Origin: Scyliorhinus canicula
Lineage: Eukaryota
Length of the DNA: 64,000 nt
Assembly (NCBI RefSeq): GCF_902713615.1
Contig: NC_052161.1
Span: 118,894,636-118,958,635, forward strand
Direction: 5' to 3'
Shown here: positions 26,616 to 40,200 of the stretch, piece after piece
Numbering within the stretch: the stretch's first letter is position 1
Layout: the number at the start of each line of letters is the position of its first letter
Notes under the pieces: model-generated
Databases searched by the model: none
What the model saw: only the letters and a program-made list of their open reading frames with translations
What the model was told of the DNA's origin: nothing
Position numbers and translations under genes: made by a program

Positions 26616-29600
26616 GATAGATAGATAGATAGATAGATAGATAGAGAAATACAGCATAGAACAGGCCCTTCGGCCCACGGTGTTGTGCCGAACTTTTGTC
26701 CTAGGTTAATCATAGATCATAGAATTTTGGACACTACGGGCAATTTAGCATGGCCAATCCACCCAACCTGCACATATTTGGACTGTGGGAGGAAACCGGA
26801 GAACCCGGAGGAAACCCACGCACACACGGGGAGGATGTGCAGACTCCACACAGACAGTGACCCAAGCTGAAATCGAACCTGGGACCCTGGAGCTGTGAAG
26901 CAATTGTGCTAACCACAATGCTACCATGCTGCCTTTAAGAACAAATTAATCTACACTCCATTATTCTACCCTAATCCATGTACCTATCCAATAGCCGCTT
27001 GAAGGTTCCTGATGTTTCCGACTCAACTACTTCCACAGGCAGTGCATTCCATGCCCCCACTACTCTCCGGGTAAAGAACCTACCTCTGACATCCCCCCTA
27101 TATCTTCCACCATTTACCTTAAATTTATGTCCCCTTGTAATGGTTTGTTCTACCCAGAGAAAAAGTCTCTGACTGTCTACTCTATCTATTCCCCTGATCA
27201 TCTTATAAACCTCTATCAAGTCGCCCCTCATCCTTCTCTGTTCTAATGAGAAAAGGCCCAGCACCCTCAACCTTTCCTCGTAAGTCCTACTCTCCATTCC
27301 AGGCAACATCCTGGTAAATCTCCTTTGCACCTTTTCCAAAGCTTCCACATCCTTCCTAAAATGAGGTGACCAGAACTGCACACAGTACTCCAAATGTGGC
27401 CTGACCAAGGTTTTGTACAGCTGCATCATCACCTCACGGCTCTTAAAATCAATCCCTTTGCTAATGAACGCTAGCACACCATAGGCCGTCTTCACAGCTC
27501 TATCCACTTGAGTGCCAACTTTCAAATGAACATAGACCCCAAGATCTCTCTGCTCCTCTACATTGCCAAGAACCCTACCGTTAACCCTGTATTCCGCATT
27601 CATATTTGTCCTTCCAAAATGGACAACCTCATACTTGTCAGGGTTAAACTCCATCTGCCACTTCTCAGCCCAGCTCTGCATCCTATCTATGTCTCTTTGC
27701 AGCCGACAACAGCCCTCCTCACTATCAACAACTCCACCAATCTTCGTATCATCTGCAAATTTACTGACCCACCCTTCAACTCCCTCATCCAGGTCGTTAA
27801 TGAAAATCACAAACAGCAGAGGACCCAGAACTGATCCCTGCGGTATGCCACTGGTAACTGGCCTCCAGGCTGAATATTTGCCATCCACCACCACTCTCTG
27901 ACTTCTATCGGTTAGCCAGTTCGTTATCCAACTGGCCAAATTTCCCACTATCCCATGCCTCCTTACTTTCTGCATAAGCCTACCATGGGGAACCTTATCA
28001 AATGCCTTACTAAAATCCATGTACACTACATCCACTGCTTTACCTTCATCCACATGCTTGGTCACCTCCTCAAATAAGTCAATAAGACTTGTAAGGCAAG
28101 ACCTACCCCTCACAAATCCATGCTGACTATCCCTAATCAAGCAGTGTCTTTCCAGATGCTTAGAAATCCTATCCCTCTGTACACTTTCCATTACTTTGCC
28201 TACCACCAAAGTAAGACTAACTGGCCTGTAATTCCCAGGGTTATCCCTATTCCCTTCTTTGAACAGGGGCACGACATTTGCCACTTTCCAATCCCCTGGT
28301 ACCACCCCTGTTAACAGCGAGGATGAAAAGATCATTGCCAACGGCTCTGCAATTTCATTTCTTGCTTCCCATAGAATCCTTGGATATATCCCGTCAGGCC
28401 CGGGGGACTTGTCTATCCTCAAGTTTTTCAAAACGCCCAACACATCTTCCTTCCTAGCAAGTATCTCCTCGAGCTTACCAGTCTGTTTCACACTGTCCTC
28501 TCCAACAATATGGCCCCTCTCGTTTGTAAATACTGAAGAAAAGTACTTGTTCAAGACCTCTCCTATCTCTTCAGACTCAATACACAATCTACCGCTACTG
28601 TCCTTGATCGGACCTACCCTCGCTCTAGACATTCTCATATTTCTCACATATGTGTAAACGGCCTTGGGGTTTTCCTTGATCCTACCCGCCAAAGATTTTT
28701 CTTAGCTCTCCTAATCCCTTTCTTCAGTTCCCTCCTGGCTATCTTGTATCCCTTCAGCGCCCTGTCTGAACCTTGTTTCCTCAGCCTTACATAAGTCTCC
28801 TTGTTCCTCTTAACAAGGCATTCAACCTCTCTTGTCAACCATGGTTCTCTCACTCGACCATCTCTTCCCTGCCTGACAGGGACATACATATCAAAGACAC
28901 GCAGAAACTGTTCCTTGAACAAGTTCCACATTTCACTTGTGTCCTTTCCTGACAGCCTATGTTCCCAATTTATGCACTTCAATTCTTGTCTGACAGCATT
29001 GTATTTACCCTTCCCCCAATTGTAAACCTTGCCCTGTTGCACGCACCTATCCCTTTCCATTACTGAAGTGAAAGTCACAGAATTGTGGTCACTACCTCCA
29101 AAATGCTCCCCCACTAACAAATCTATCACCTGCCCTGGTTCATTACCAAGTACCAAATCCAATATGGCCTCCCCTCTGGTCGGACAATCGACATACTGTG
29201 TTAGAAAAGTTTCCTGGACACACTGCACAACACCACCCCATCCAAACTATTTGATCTAAAGAGTTTCCACTCAATGTTTGGGAAGTTGAAGTCACCCATG
29301 GCTACTACCCTGTGACTTCTGCACCTTTGCAAAATCTGTTTCCCAATCTGTTCCTCCACATCTCTGCTGCTATTGGGGGGCCTATAGAAAACTCCCAACA
29401 AGGTGACTGTTCCTTTCCTATTTCTGACTTCAACCCATACTACCTCAGTAGGCAGATCCTCCTCGAACTGCCTTTCTGCATCTGTTATACTATCTGTAAT
29501 TAACAATGCCACCCCCCCCCCCCCCCCCACCTCTTTTACCATCCTCCCTAATCTTGTTGAAACATCTATAACCAGGGACCTCCAACAACCATTTCTGCCC

Positions 29601-29960
29601 CTCTTCTATCCAAGTTTCCGTGATGGCCACCACATCGTAGTCCCAAGTACCGATCCATGCCTTACGTTCACCCACCTTATTCCTGATGCTTCTTGCGTTG
29701 AAGTATACACACTTCAACCCATCTCCTTGCCTGCAAGTACTCTCCTTTGTCAGTGTTACCTTCCCCACTGCGTCACTACACACTTTGGCGTCCTGAATAT
29801 CGGCTTCCTTAGTTGCTGACTACAAATCCGGTTCCCATTCCTCTGCCACATTAGTTTAAACCCTCCCGAAGAGTACTAGAAAACCTCCCTCCCATGATAT
29901 TGGTGCCCCTCTGGTTCAGATGCAACCCGTCCTGCTTGTACAGGTCCCACCTTCCCCAGA
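26616..29960 (-). mobile_element. 5'-truncated CR1 LINE: ORF1 C-terminus, frameshifted ORF2 (APE + RT), 3' UTR and (TCTA)n tail
   Basis: ORF1 end KQDGLHLNQRG (29851-29958, SGNH esterase-like motif); APE YFNARS, GDFN and SDH motifs; 573-aa RT ORF 26971-28692 with [10 protein letters not shown] and FADDTK; tetranucleotide tail at 26616-26645. Confidence 0.95.
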
Positions 29961-30284
29961 ATAATGATTTACAACTAACCATCTAACGAAATGCATTTGA
30001 AACCCATCCAAGCCAATCAGCACATTGCAGGAGTAGGGACAGATGGAGTCAGACTGATAACATTTTCCTGAAAAATAGAGGTTCAGGAAGCCATTTTCCA
30101 TCCTGGATTACTCTATACCTTTTACCTGACTACTCGCTATCCTTATTTTGTATTTTCATATTTCCACTCTAACTCTTGAACTTTGCGCAAGCTGTTTTGC
30201 TTTGAGCAAGAACCATTACTGTATTTTGAAAGTTAAATCTGTTGTAAAGCATAAAGCCAATTATTTCTCTTAACATATTTTGCT

Positions 30285-30513
30285 AGGGGCGGCACGGTGG
30301 CACAGTAGTTAGCATTGCTGCCTACGGCGCTGAGGACCCGGGTTCGAATCCAGGCCCTGGGTCACTGTCCGTGAGGAGTTTGCACATTCTCCCCGTGTCT
30401 GCGTGGGTTTCACCCCCACAGCCCAAAGATGTGCAGGACAGGATAGGTGGATTGGCTACGCTAAATTGCCCCTTAATTGGAAAAAATAATTGGGTACTCT
30501 AAATTATTTTTAA
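30285..30513 (+). mobile_element. V-SINE, A-tail type, with 13-bp TSD
   Basis: TSD AACATATTTTGCT at 30272-30284 and 30514-30526. Confidence 0.88.
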
Positions 30514-30864
30514 AACATATTTTGCTGGCAAGGGCTTTATTGGGAGCATTTGATTTGTAACCACAAGAAGATCTTAATCTCTCAATTATAATCAATAGAC
30601 ACAATAAAATATTTTTATTTTGCATCCGAGAAGTGTAACTTAAATTCTACTGAGTTTTGAAGTGTATACGAGCCTACACTTAAACCGCACGGTAGATTCC
30701 TAGATTTATTTCTGTTGTTGGCCTTGTCATCTCTGCCCTACCAAGAGCCTCTAAAATTTGAGTTGATTTTCACCTACACTATTGATTATTTATAAAGACC
30801 ACACAATGAAACATCCCAAGAGGCTCCCCAGGAGCATTATGAAACAAAGTATGCCACTGAGCTG

Positions 30865-31091
30865 TGTGGTAGGCTATATTAGGGGTATCGCTGTATCTAG
30901 GTGGGATGTACCTTGTACTGTAGTATGAGTGGTCGAACCTGTCTGCTGGTTCCGCCCAGCAGGCGGAGCATAAGAGTCTGTGTTTCACCCACAGCAGTCA
31001 TTCTGTACCGGAGCTGCTGGGGTAACTACTTGTTCATTAAAGCCTTCAATTGGACTACAATCTCGTTTCAGTAGTGATTGATCGTGCATCA
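30865..31091 (+). repeat. 5' LTR of Gypsy element 1
   Basis: Direct repeat of 35066-35292; 13 substitutions in 227 bp by manual count. Confidence 0.95.
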
Positions 31092-34000
31092 ATTTAATGA
31101 ACAAAATTGAAGAATGGCTGCTCTCCGCATCAAGCCAGAGTGTCTACAAATCAACCCCCACACGGCAAATGCAGCAGCAACTTTTAAACATTGGCTGGCA
31201 TGTTTCAACGGGTACATCAGGACGGCCCCGACTACCCCCACGGAGGAACAGAAAATGCAAGTCCTCCACTCAAGGGTGAGCCCAGAAATCTACACCCTTA
31301 TCGAAGACACAGACGGTTTTGAGGACGCAATGATTTTGTTAAAAGAGCACTACGTCCGCACTGTGAGTCAGGTATACGCTCGGCATCTTAAAGCTACCAG
31401 ACGGCAGATCCCAGGGGAATCACTGGACGATTTGTACCGTGCATTGTTAGTGTTAGGTAGAAACTGTAACTGTCCACAAGTCTCAGCCAATGACCACACC
31501 GAACTCTTAATACGGGATGCTTTTGTTGCGTGCATGCTGTCCTCTAAAATCCATCAGCGACTGCTGGAAAATAACACGCTAGGGCTTAAAGAGGCACGGA
31601 AACCTGCGCACTCCCTAGATGTAGCCTCCTGCAACGCCCAGGCCTATGTTCCTGACCCCGCGGCACCCGCATGGACAGGGTGGACCCCACCCGCGGCCGA
31701 TTCCAAAGCACCCGTAAATTGCCCACAAGCTTGTGCCGTGCTGCAGCCAGGAAACCCCGGGGGGGGGGGGGGGGGGGGGGCGATGCTATTTTTGCGGGCA
31801 AAACAAACACTCCCGGAAACACTGCCCGGCCCGATCTGCAATCTGCAAGGGCTGCGGCAGTATGCCAGGCCCGGTCGGCAGCCGCTGTCTCCACAGGCGA
31901 ACCGGGCCCGCTGCCATTTCTCTCCTCACAGGCCATGTGCGATTCATGGGGGCAGCCATCTTGGATGACGTCTCAGGACCCCGACTAGACTGGCCATGTA
32001 TCGCCTGATGAGATCTCCCAGCCGGCCATGTGCGATTCATGGGGGTAGCCATCTTGGATGACGACTCAGGACCCCGACTCGGGTGGCCTTGTATCACCCG
32101 ACGAGATCTCTCAGCTTCTGCCACAACTTGCCTCAGTGACACTGGACCAGTCTCGGCCCCGATCACTTTCAACTGCTACGACGTCGGTACTCATCAATGG
32201 GCACGAGATATCCTGCTTGATCGACTCTGGGAGCACAGAGAGCTTCATCCATCCCAATACGGTAAGACACTGCTCTCTCACTGTACACCCGATTAAACAA
32301 AAGATCTCCCTGGCCTCCGGGTCCCACTCTGTGGAGATTCCGGGGTACTGCATAGCCAACCTCACGGTCCAGGGCGTGGAGTTCAATAACTTCCGACTCT
32401 ACGTTCTCCCCCATCTCTGCGCTGCCACACTCCTGGGACTGGACTTCCAGTGTAACCTGCAAAGTTTAACGTTCAAATTCGGCGGCCCCATACCCCCCTC
32501 ACTGTCTGCGGCCTCGCGACCCTCAAGGTCAACCCGCCTTCCCTGTTTGCAAACCTTACCCCCGATTGCGAACCCATCGCCACCCGGAGCAGACGGTACA
32601 GTGCCCAGGACCGGACCTTCAATAGGTCGGAAGTCCAACGGTTACTAAAGGAAGGCATTATCGAGGCCAGCAACAGCCCCTGGAGAGCACAAGTGGTGGT
32701 TGTAAAGACCGGGGCGAAACATAGGATGGTCATAGACTACAGTCAGACCATCAACGGATTTACGCAGCTTGACGTGTACCCGCTCCTCTGCATATCTGAA
32801 ATGGTCAACCAGATAGCGTAATACAAGGTTTTCTCCACAGTAGACCTTAAATCAGCCTACCACTAGCTCCCCATTCGCCCGGAAGACTGCAAGTACACTG
32901 CATTCGAAGCAGATGGGCGGCTCTACCACTTTCTAATGGTTCCCTTTGGTGTCACAAATGGGGTCTCGGTCTTCCAACGGGAGATGGACCGAATGGTTGA
33001 CCAGTGCGGTCTGTGGGCCATGTTCCCATACCTCAACAATGTCACCATCTACAGCCACGACCAACAGGACCATGACACCAACCTCCGCAAATTCCTCCAT
33101 ACCGCAAAAATCTTTAACTTAACCTATAACAAGGATAAATGCGTGTTCAGCACCAATCGCCTAGCCATCCTCGGCTACGTAGTACATGATGGAGTCATAG
33201 GCCCAGATCCCGAACGCATGCGCCCCCTCATGGAGTTCCCCTCCCCCACTGCCCCAAGGCCCTGAAACGTTGCCTGGGCTTCTTTTCTTATTACGCCCAG
33301 TGGGTCCCCAATTATGCGGACAAGGCCCACCCACTAATCCAGTCCACAGTTTTTCCCCTATCGGCAGAGGCCCGCCAGGCTTTCAGTCGCATCAAAGCCG
33401 ACATCGCCAGGGCGACGCCGGGACTGCAATCGATGAGTCCCTCCCCTGCCAGGTCGAGAGCGAAGCATCAGACTTAGCTCTAGCTGCCACCCTCAGTCAG
33501 GCGGGCAAACCCGTAGCCTTCTTTTCATGTACACTCCATGCCTCAGATTTCTGCCATTCCTCCATCGAGACGGAGGCCCAAGCCATCATCAAAGCTGTGC
33601 GGCATTGGAGGCATTACCTGGCCGGCAGGAGATTCACTCTCCTCACTGACCAATGGTCGGTAGCCTTCATGTTTGACAACACACAGCGGGGCAAAATTAA
33701 GAATGATAACATCTTACGGTGGAGGATCGAGCTCTCCATCTATAATTACGAGATCTTGTATCGTCCTGGGAAGCTCAACGAGCCTTCTGATGCTCTGTCC
33801 CGCGGCATTTGTGCCAGTGTAGAAGTAGACCGACTCCGGACCCTCCACAACAACCTCTGCCACCTGGGGGTCACCCGGTTCTTCCACTTTGTTAAAACCC
33901 GCAATCTGCCCTACTCCATCGAGGAAGTCAGGGCTGTAAGCAGAAACTGCCAAATCTGCTCGGAGTGCAAGCCGCACTTCTACAGGTCAGAGAAAGCGCA

Positions 34001-35065
34001 CCTGGTGAAAGCTTCCCGCCCCTTTAAACGCCTCAGAGTGGATTTCAAAGGGCCCCTTCCCTCCACTAACCGCAACACGTATTTCTTATAAGTGATTGAT
34101 GAGTACTCCCGGTTCCCTTTCACCATCCCTTGTCCCGACATGACGGCTGCCACTGTCATTAAAGCCCTCCACAGCATCTTTACCCAGTTCGGTTTCCCCA
34201 CCTACATCCATAACGATAGGGGGTCCTCCTTCATGAATGACGAGTTCCGTCAATTCCTGCTCAGCAAGGGCATTGCCTCCAGCAGGACGACCAGTTACAA
34301 CCCCCGGGGAAACAGGCAGGTAGAGAGGGAGAACGGGACGGTCTGGAAGGCTGTCCTACTGGCCCTATGGTCCAAGAATCTCCCAGTGTCTCGATGGCAG
34401 GAGGTCCTCCCCAATGCACTTCACTCCATCCAATCACTACTGTGCACTACTACCAATAAAACACCTCATGAACGTCTCCTTGCCTTCCCTAGGAAGTCCT
34501 CCTCGGGGACCTCGCCCCCAACATGGCTGGCAGCCCCCATACCTGTCCTACTCCACAAACACGTATGGGCCCACAAGTCGGACCCACTGGTCAAGAGGGT
34601 ACATCTCCTCCATGCTACCCCCAGTATGCCTATGTGGCGCACCCCGACGGCCGACAAGACACGGTCTCCCTCCGGGATCTGGCCCCCGCTGGATCCCCAC
34701 CCTCACCCCCACCCCCCCACCAACCCCAACCATTTTTTCACCGGCGCACACCACCGCAGCCCCCTTCCCAGGAGGATCCGTCCTCTCTCTGGCTCCATCT
34801 GGATGCAATAAAGCTGAAGATGACACGCTCCCAGAGCCACGGATACCCGAGCCGACGCCAGCATCACCACCGGGACTGCGACGATCGCAGAGAACGATCA
34901 GGGCCCCCGACCGGCTGATAGTTTCATTGTAAAATGAACTTGTAAATAATTGTCTGTAAATATGTGTATTGCATGTAAAGGCACCGAAGGGTACGGCTAT
35001 AACCTGTACCACTGTAAATGTAGGACCACCACCCCCGCTGGACTCTTTTTTAAACAGGGGGTGAA

Positions 35066-35292
35066 TGTGGTAAGCTATATTAGGGGTATCGCGGTACCTA
35101 GGTGGGATGTACCTTATACTGTAGTATGAGTGGTAGAACCTGCCTGCTGGTTCCGCCCAGCAGGTGGAGCATAAGAATATGTGTTTCACCCACAGCAGTC
35201 ATTCTGTACCAGAGCTGCTGGGGTAACTACTTGTTCATTAAAGCCTTCAATTGGATTACAGTCTCGCTTCAGTAGTGATTGATCGTGCATCA
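35066..35292 (+). repeat. 3' LTR of Gypsy element 1
   Basis: Follows the PPT, ends in CA, followed by TSD AGCTG. Confidence 0.95.
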
Positions 35293-35790
35293 AGCTGCAG
35301 AATCACAGAATCGTTACGGCCCAGAAGGCCTTTCGGCCCTTGGTGTCTGCACCAGCTCTCAAAACAAGCATCGTGACTTAGTGCTATTTTCCCCATACCC
35401 TTGCATATTGTGTGTATTCAAATAATCATCTCATCCCCTCTTGAAGCCTCGATTGAACATGCCTCCATTACCCTTGCAGGTAATGCATTCCAGCCCCAAA
35501 CCACTCACTGTGTGAAAACATTTTTCTCACATCATGTTTGCTTCTTTTGCGAATCACATTAAATCTGTGTTCTCGCTTCTTGATTATTTTATGAGCGGGA
35601 GCTTACCACCACTACACTTCCAGGCAGTGCATTCCACCCTGACCAGATATTAAGTCAGATGACCAATTGCTTTGTCAAACAGGTAGGTTTTAGGAAGTGT
35701 TTTGAAGGAGGAAAGCCAGGGAATGCCAGCTCTTGGGGCTATGCTCCTGAAATAATGTCCACTAAAGGTGGAGGAATCATACTTGTGAAG

Positions 35791-38700
35791 TGTAATGTAT
35801 GTCAGTAATACATCCCTTCTGGGGGAATGTCATGATCTGTCATGACATCAGCAGAGGTTTTGCGTGGGCTTCAGGTCTCCATCTTGTATTGTATGAGCAA
35901 CATCTCCTGAATAAACCTGGCACCATGTTTGCTAGAAACCCAAGTGCACGACACCTCCGCACCGTTTCTCTTTGAGGCACATTGAGAATATAACAAAAGA
36001 GAAAACTGGCGATGGGGTTTGAGGCAAAAGAGAACTGGCGAGGCACTAAAAAAGTCAACGAGGAGAGTGAAAACAGTGACGAGAACGAAGGAGAGGATTC
36101 TCGGGACTGAACTCAAACGTTGATCGAAGGAAAAGCCGCTGATGCAGGAAGGTTTGAAAAAAAAACGAAGCACAACCGTAAGTCAGAACAAAAGTTTCAA
36201 AAACTTGCTTGCTGCTGGAAGCGAATAGGCTCCAGGCTGCAGGGACCACACACGTGTCAAAGTGAAATGGGTTGCGTGAACAGGGATTCAGAAGTCGTTC
36301 CAATTCTGTGCAAACTACTACTCAAATAAAATAAACAGTAGTCCAGGCAAGAAAATTTTTTTTTATCATTGTGGATTAGGAGATCCCTTATTTCATACAT
36401 TAAAAAAATGGAGGAAGGTTGAAATTGGTATGGACCCTGAGGTCCAGTGTACAAAATGGCGAGCAAAGGTGGCGCCATGGAAACATTTGATGAAGGTGAT
36501 GAAACTTGTATCAAGAGAGAGTTCAACTTTATCTCATAGCTAATCAAACACTGCGGACCTAATGGGTGTAACATTTCTCAGTTCGGTAAGGCGTAAATCT
36601 TTTATGCTTCAGCAAAATTTAGTACATCCAGCAAAGCGTCTTGTTGGTAAGGGGCGATCAAAAATGTTTCTGGGTATTCCCAAAATTTGATGGTAACCAA
36701 GTCAAAATGGAAGTGGATGCAGGTGTGCTGTTTCACTGATACCTGAGACAATCTACAATCAGAAGCATCTGCCATTAAAACCATCTAATGTAATCTTACG
36801 GACATACACAGAAGAGGTTGTACCACTAAAAGGATACATTATGGTAAAAGTGAAGTAAATGGACAAACAACTGAGTTGTCTTTCCACGTTGTCTGTGGAT
36901 GTTTTCCTGCTTTATTTGCTGGAGCATGGTTGGGAAAAAAATCAAACTCAACTGGGGAGTGGTGAATCAGCGGGTTGATTCAAAGAATGACCTAGAGCAA
37001 CTTTTGGAAATGTATTAAAAAGTGCTTGAAAAATCACTGGGATTTTGGAACAATCAATGGCAGGAGTTGAAGCCCAACTCAAAATTAAGCTAAACATTAT
37101 GCCAAAATGTCTCAAAGCCGGAACAGTACCGTACGCCATCAGGCGAAAAAGTCGAAGAAGAACTAGAAAGACTTGTCCAAACAGGAGTCATTGAACCAGT
37201 TACTACAAGTGATTGGGCTACACCAATAGTTCCTGTACTAAAACAAAATGGTTCAATAAGGATATGTGGAGATTTTAAGACAACTATAAACCTGGTATTG
37301 TGCGCAGATCACTATCCACTGCCGCTTGATTGAAGACTCTGGGCGTTGTGGAAGTCATAAATTCAGTAAAGTAGATCTATCACAGAGGTATTTACAAATG
37401 AATGTGGTTGCAAAATCACAGCCACTACTCATTATCGTGATGCACAAAGGTCTGTTCCGTTACAGGAGTCCTCTATTTGGGACAACATCTGCACATGCTC
37501 TATTTCAGAGGTCCATGGATCAAACTTTGAGTGGGCTGAATGGTGTGCAGTGTTATCTAGATGACATCCTCATCACTGGTTCAAGTGAACAAGAGCATTT
37601 GAAGAACTTGGAAGCTAATGTCTACAAAACATAATCTCCGAATTAAAAAGGAAAAGTGTGACTTTTTCAAGACATCCGTAAACTACTTGGGTCACATGAT
37701 TGATAAAGATGGCTTGCATAAAGGACCAAAAAAAGTGAAAGAAATCTTAGACGCACCAACTCCTCAAAATGTGACAAAACTGAGGTTTCTGCGATTAATA
37801 AATTATTACTGTAAATTCTTCCCAAATTTATCAACGCGATTGAAGCCTTTACACACTTTGAGGTACAACCAATAGCATTTGCTTCATGAACTCTTACTAA
37901 CGCAGAAACAAATTACCCTCAGCTAGAAAAATAAACTTTGAGCATCATGTTCAGAGTAAGAAGGTTCAACACTACCTTTATAGATATCATTTTGCTCTCT
38001 TGACAGGTCACCATCCATTGACAACAATCTTTGGGCATCATAAAGGTATTCCTTCTTTCGCAGCTAGTAGGTTCCCGAGATGGTCTTTGATATTATCAGC
38101 ATACACTTATGATATTACATATCCTAAATCGGAGCAACATGCAAATGCTGATGCTTTGTCAAGATTGCTGTTACAACTCAAGCAAGAACCTGAAGAAAAT
38201 GTTGTCAACATCCTATATTTCTCACACGTGGATAATGTACCTGTGATTTCATCTCAAGTACAGACGTACAGAGACCCCCAGTGATGGGGAAGGTTATGGA
38301 CATGGTCCAAAAAAGGAACGTTGACAGACATATAGCATAAAACTCCAGATCTCAAGCCCTACATCACAAGAAGATTTGAGTTGACAGTCCAGAGTGAATT
38401 TTTAGTCTGGGGAAACAGAGTGCTTATTCTTCCGTGCTTGCGTAATAAAATGCTTGACCAGCGACATGAGGGAAATCTCGGTTCGATGACGATGAAGGAA
38501 CTGGCACACAGTTATTTTTCGTGGCCAGGATTAGGCGCGCCAATCGAAGAGAAAGTGTGGAATTGTCAGTCCTGTGCCAAACTAAGGAACACTCCACCGC
38601 TGTAACCCATATACCTGGTCACGGCAGAGAATACACATAGACTACGCTGGCCCAGTTGAGGGACACGTGTTCCTAGTTATTGTAGATGCACATTCTAAAG

Positions 38701-40120
38701 GCCGGAAGTAGCGATTCTGAAATCCACAACGACAGAACAAACTTGAGAAGTTGGATTAAATATTTGCGAGATTTGGCAGATGAGAGCAGGTCGTAAGTGA
38801 CAATGGAACTCAGTTCACTTCCAAGGAGTTTAAAGACTACTTAAAAGGAAATGGTGTACAGCACATCAACACAGCTCCGTACCCCCCTTGAAACAAATGA
38901 AATGGCTGAGTGATTCATACAGTCACTGAAACACTCAATGAAAGTATCAAAGGATCAAGGTACATTGTCAAGATGAGTAAATAACTTCCTGATATCATAT
39001 CAAAACACCACACCTGCGCTGACACACTGTTCACCAGCAATGCTGCTTTTCAAAAGAAAGCTAAGAACTTGAAACTGCCTAATACTTCAGAGAATGTCAA
39101 ATGATAACAACAAGCACAGATTGTCAGGAGGGGACAAAACTAAAAAAAGTCTATTCACTCAAGGGAGAACGAATATTAACAAGAAGCTACAGACCAAATG
39201 AGAAGTGGGTACCTGCAGTTATCCCAGCAAAAACAGGTCCAATAACAGACATCGTAAAGAAAGAGAATTCGGCGATGTCAGACTGACCAACTGCTCGCTT
39301 TATGAAGTGAAATCGCTGAAACTTCTCAAGTATTTGCATCGAGAAATCTAAGCAGCGATACTTCTGAACAGAGGCCAGAGACCAGTTCACATTCTGTTTC
39401 TAAAGAATCTTCAACACCAATGGAGACGGATGCTGAAGTAACTTCACAAGACGTATTACCAATAGAAGGAAAAGAAGACACTTCAAAGGCCTTGAGTAGC
39501 CAGGTTCCAGAAGATCGAGTACAACCCAAACAAAAATAGATATCCACCTGAGAGACTGTCTTATTAACTTGCATATACGACAAAAGATAATGGTGCAAAG
39601 TAATGTATCTAATGTATAATTGGGTTTGTCGTTTAAACATTCAGGGAAGTTGTTGTTTGGACTAAAGAAGTAAAGGCGGAGGGGTGTTATGTATTTAATA
39701 ATAATCTTTATTGTCACAAGTAGGCTCACATTAATACTGCAGTGAAAATCCCCTCGTCGCCAAATTCCAGCACCTGTTCGGGTACACGGAGGGAGAAGTC
39801 AGAATGTCCAATTCACCTAACAAGCACGTCTTTCGGGATTTGTGGGAGGAAACCGGAGCACTCGGAGGAAACCCACGCAGACACAGGGAGAACGTGCAGA
39901 CTCCACATAGACAGTGGCCCAAGCCAGGAATCGAACCTGGGACCCTGGAGCAGTTCTACCGTGCCGCCCAAAGTAATAGAACCCTGTGGTGGAACGCCAG
40001 GCGATCTGTAGGGATGTCAGCAGAGTGTGTGCGGGGGCTTAATTGTGTTGTGTGAGCTTTGCATCGTGTTTGGGAGAAACCCAAGTGTGTGGCATTTCCA
40101 TACCTTTTCTCTTTGAGGCA
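35791..40120 (+). mobile_element. Old, heavily decayed Gypsy element (Mag-clade-like)
   Basis: [17 protein letters not shown] and CYLDDILITG; RNase H ..HANADALSRL; integrase ..WPGL..CQSC and RIHIDYAGP. Putative 5' LTR ~35791-35995 followed by a TGGCGA PBS-like motif; PPT aaggcggagggg precedes a SINE-interrupted 3' LTR starting at 39685. Confidence 0.85.
39695..39970 (-). mobile_element. V-SINE with (ATT)n tail inserted in the 3' LTR of Gypsy element 2
   Basis: Reverse-complement family of 3622-3919. Confidence 0.85.
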
Positions 40121-40200
40121 GGGTGCAGTCCCAAGGGGAAATGCCAGGGCTCCCTCTGTGGAACTCCATGTGGACAGGTAGAGTTTCCCGATGTCTGTGG

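Larger units (their letters stand above)
30865..35292 (+). mobile_element. Full-length but frameshifted Ty3/Gypsy LTR retrotransposon (gag-PR-RT-RH-IN)
   Basis: 227-bp TG...CA LTRs (30865-31091 and 35066-35292); 5-bp TSD AGCTG; PPT aaacagggggtgaa; gag from 31114 with CX2CX4HX4C (CYFCGQNKHSRKHC); protease LIDSGS; RT PFGVTNG...YLNNVTI; RNase H LLTDQ; integrase HHCC and DDE core. Confidence 0.96.

Noticed and set aside
26971-28692. 573-aa RT ORF as an active LINE or a domesticated gene
   Set aside because: The upstream endonuclease is frameshifted several times and the element is 5'-truncated; the open RT is consistent with a young insertion.
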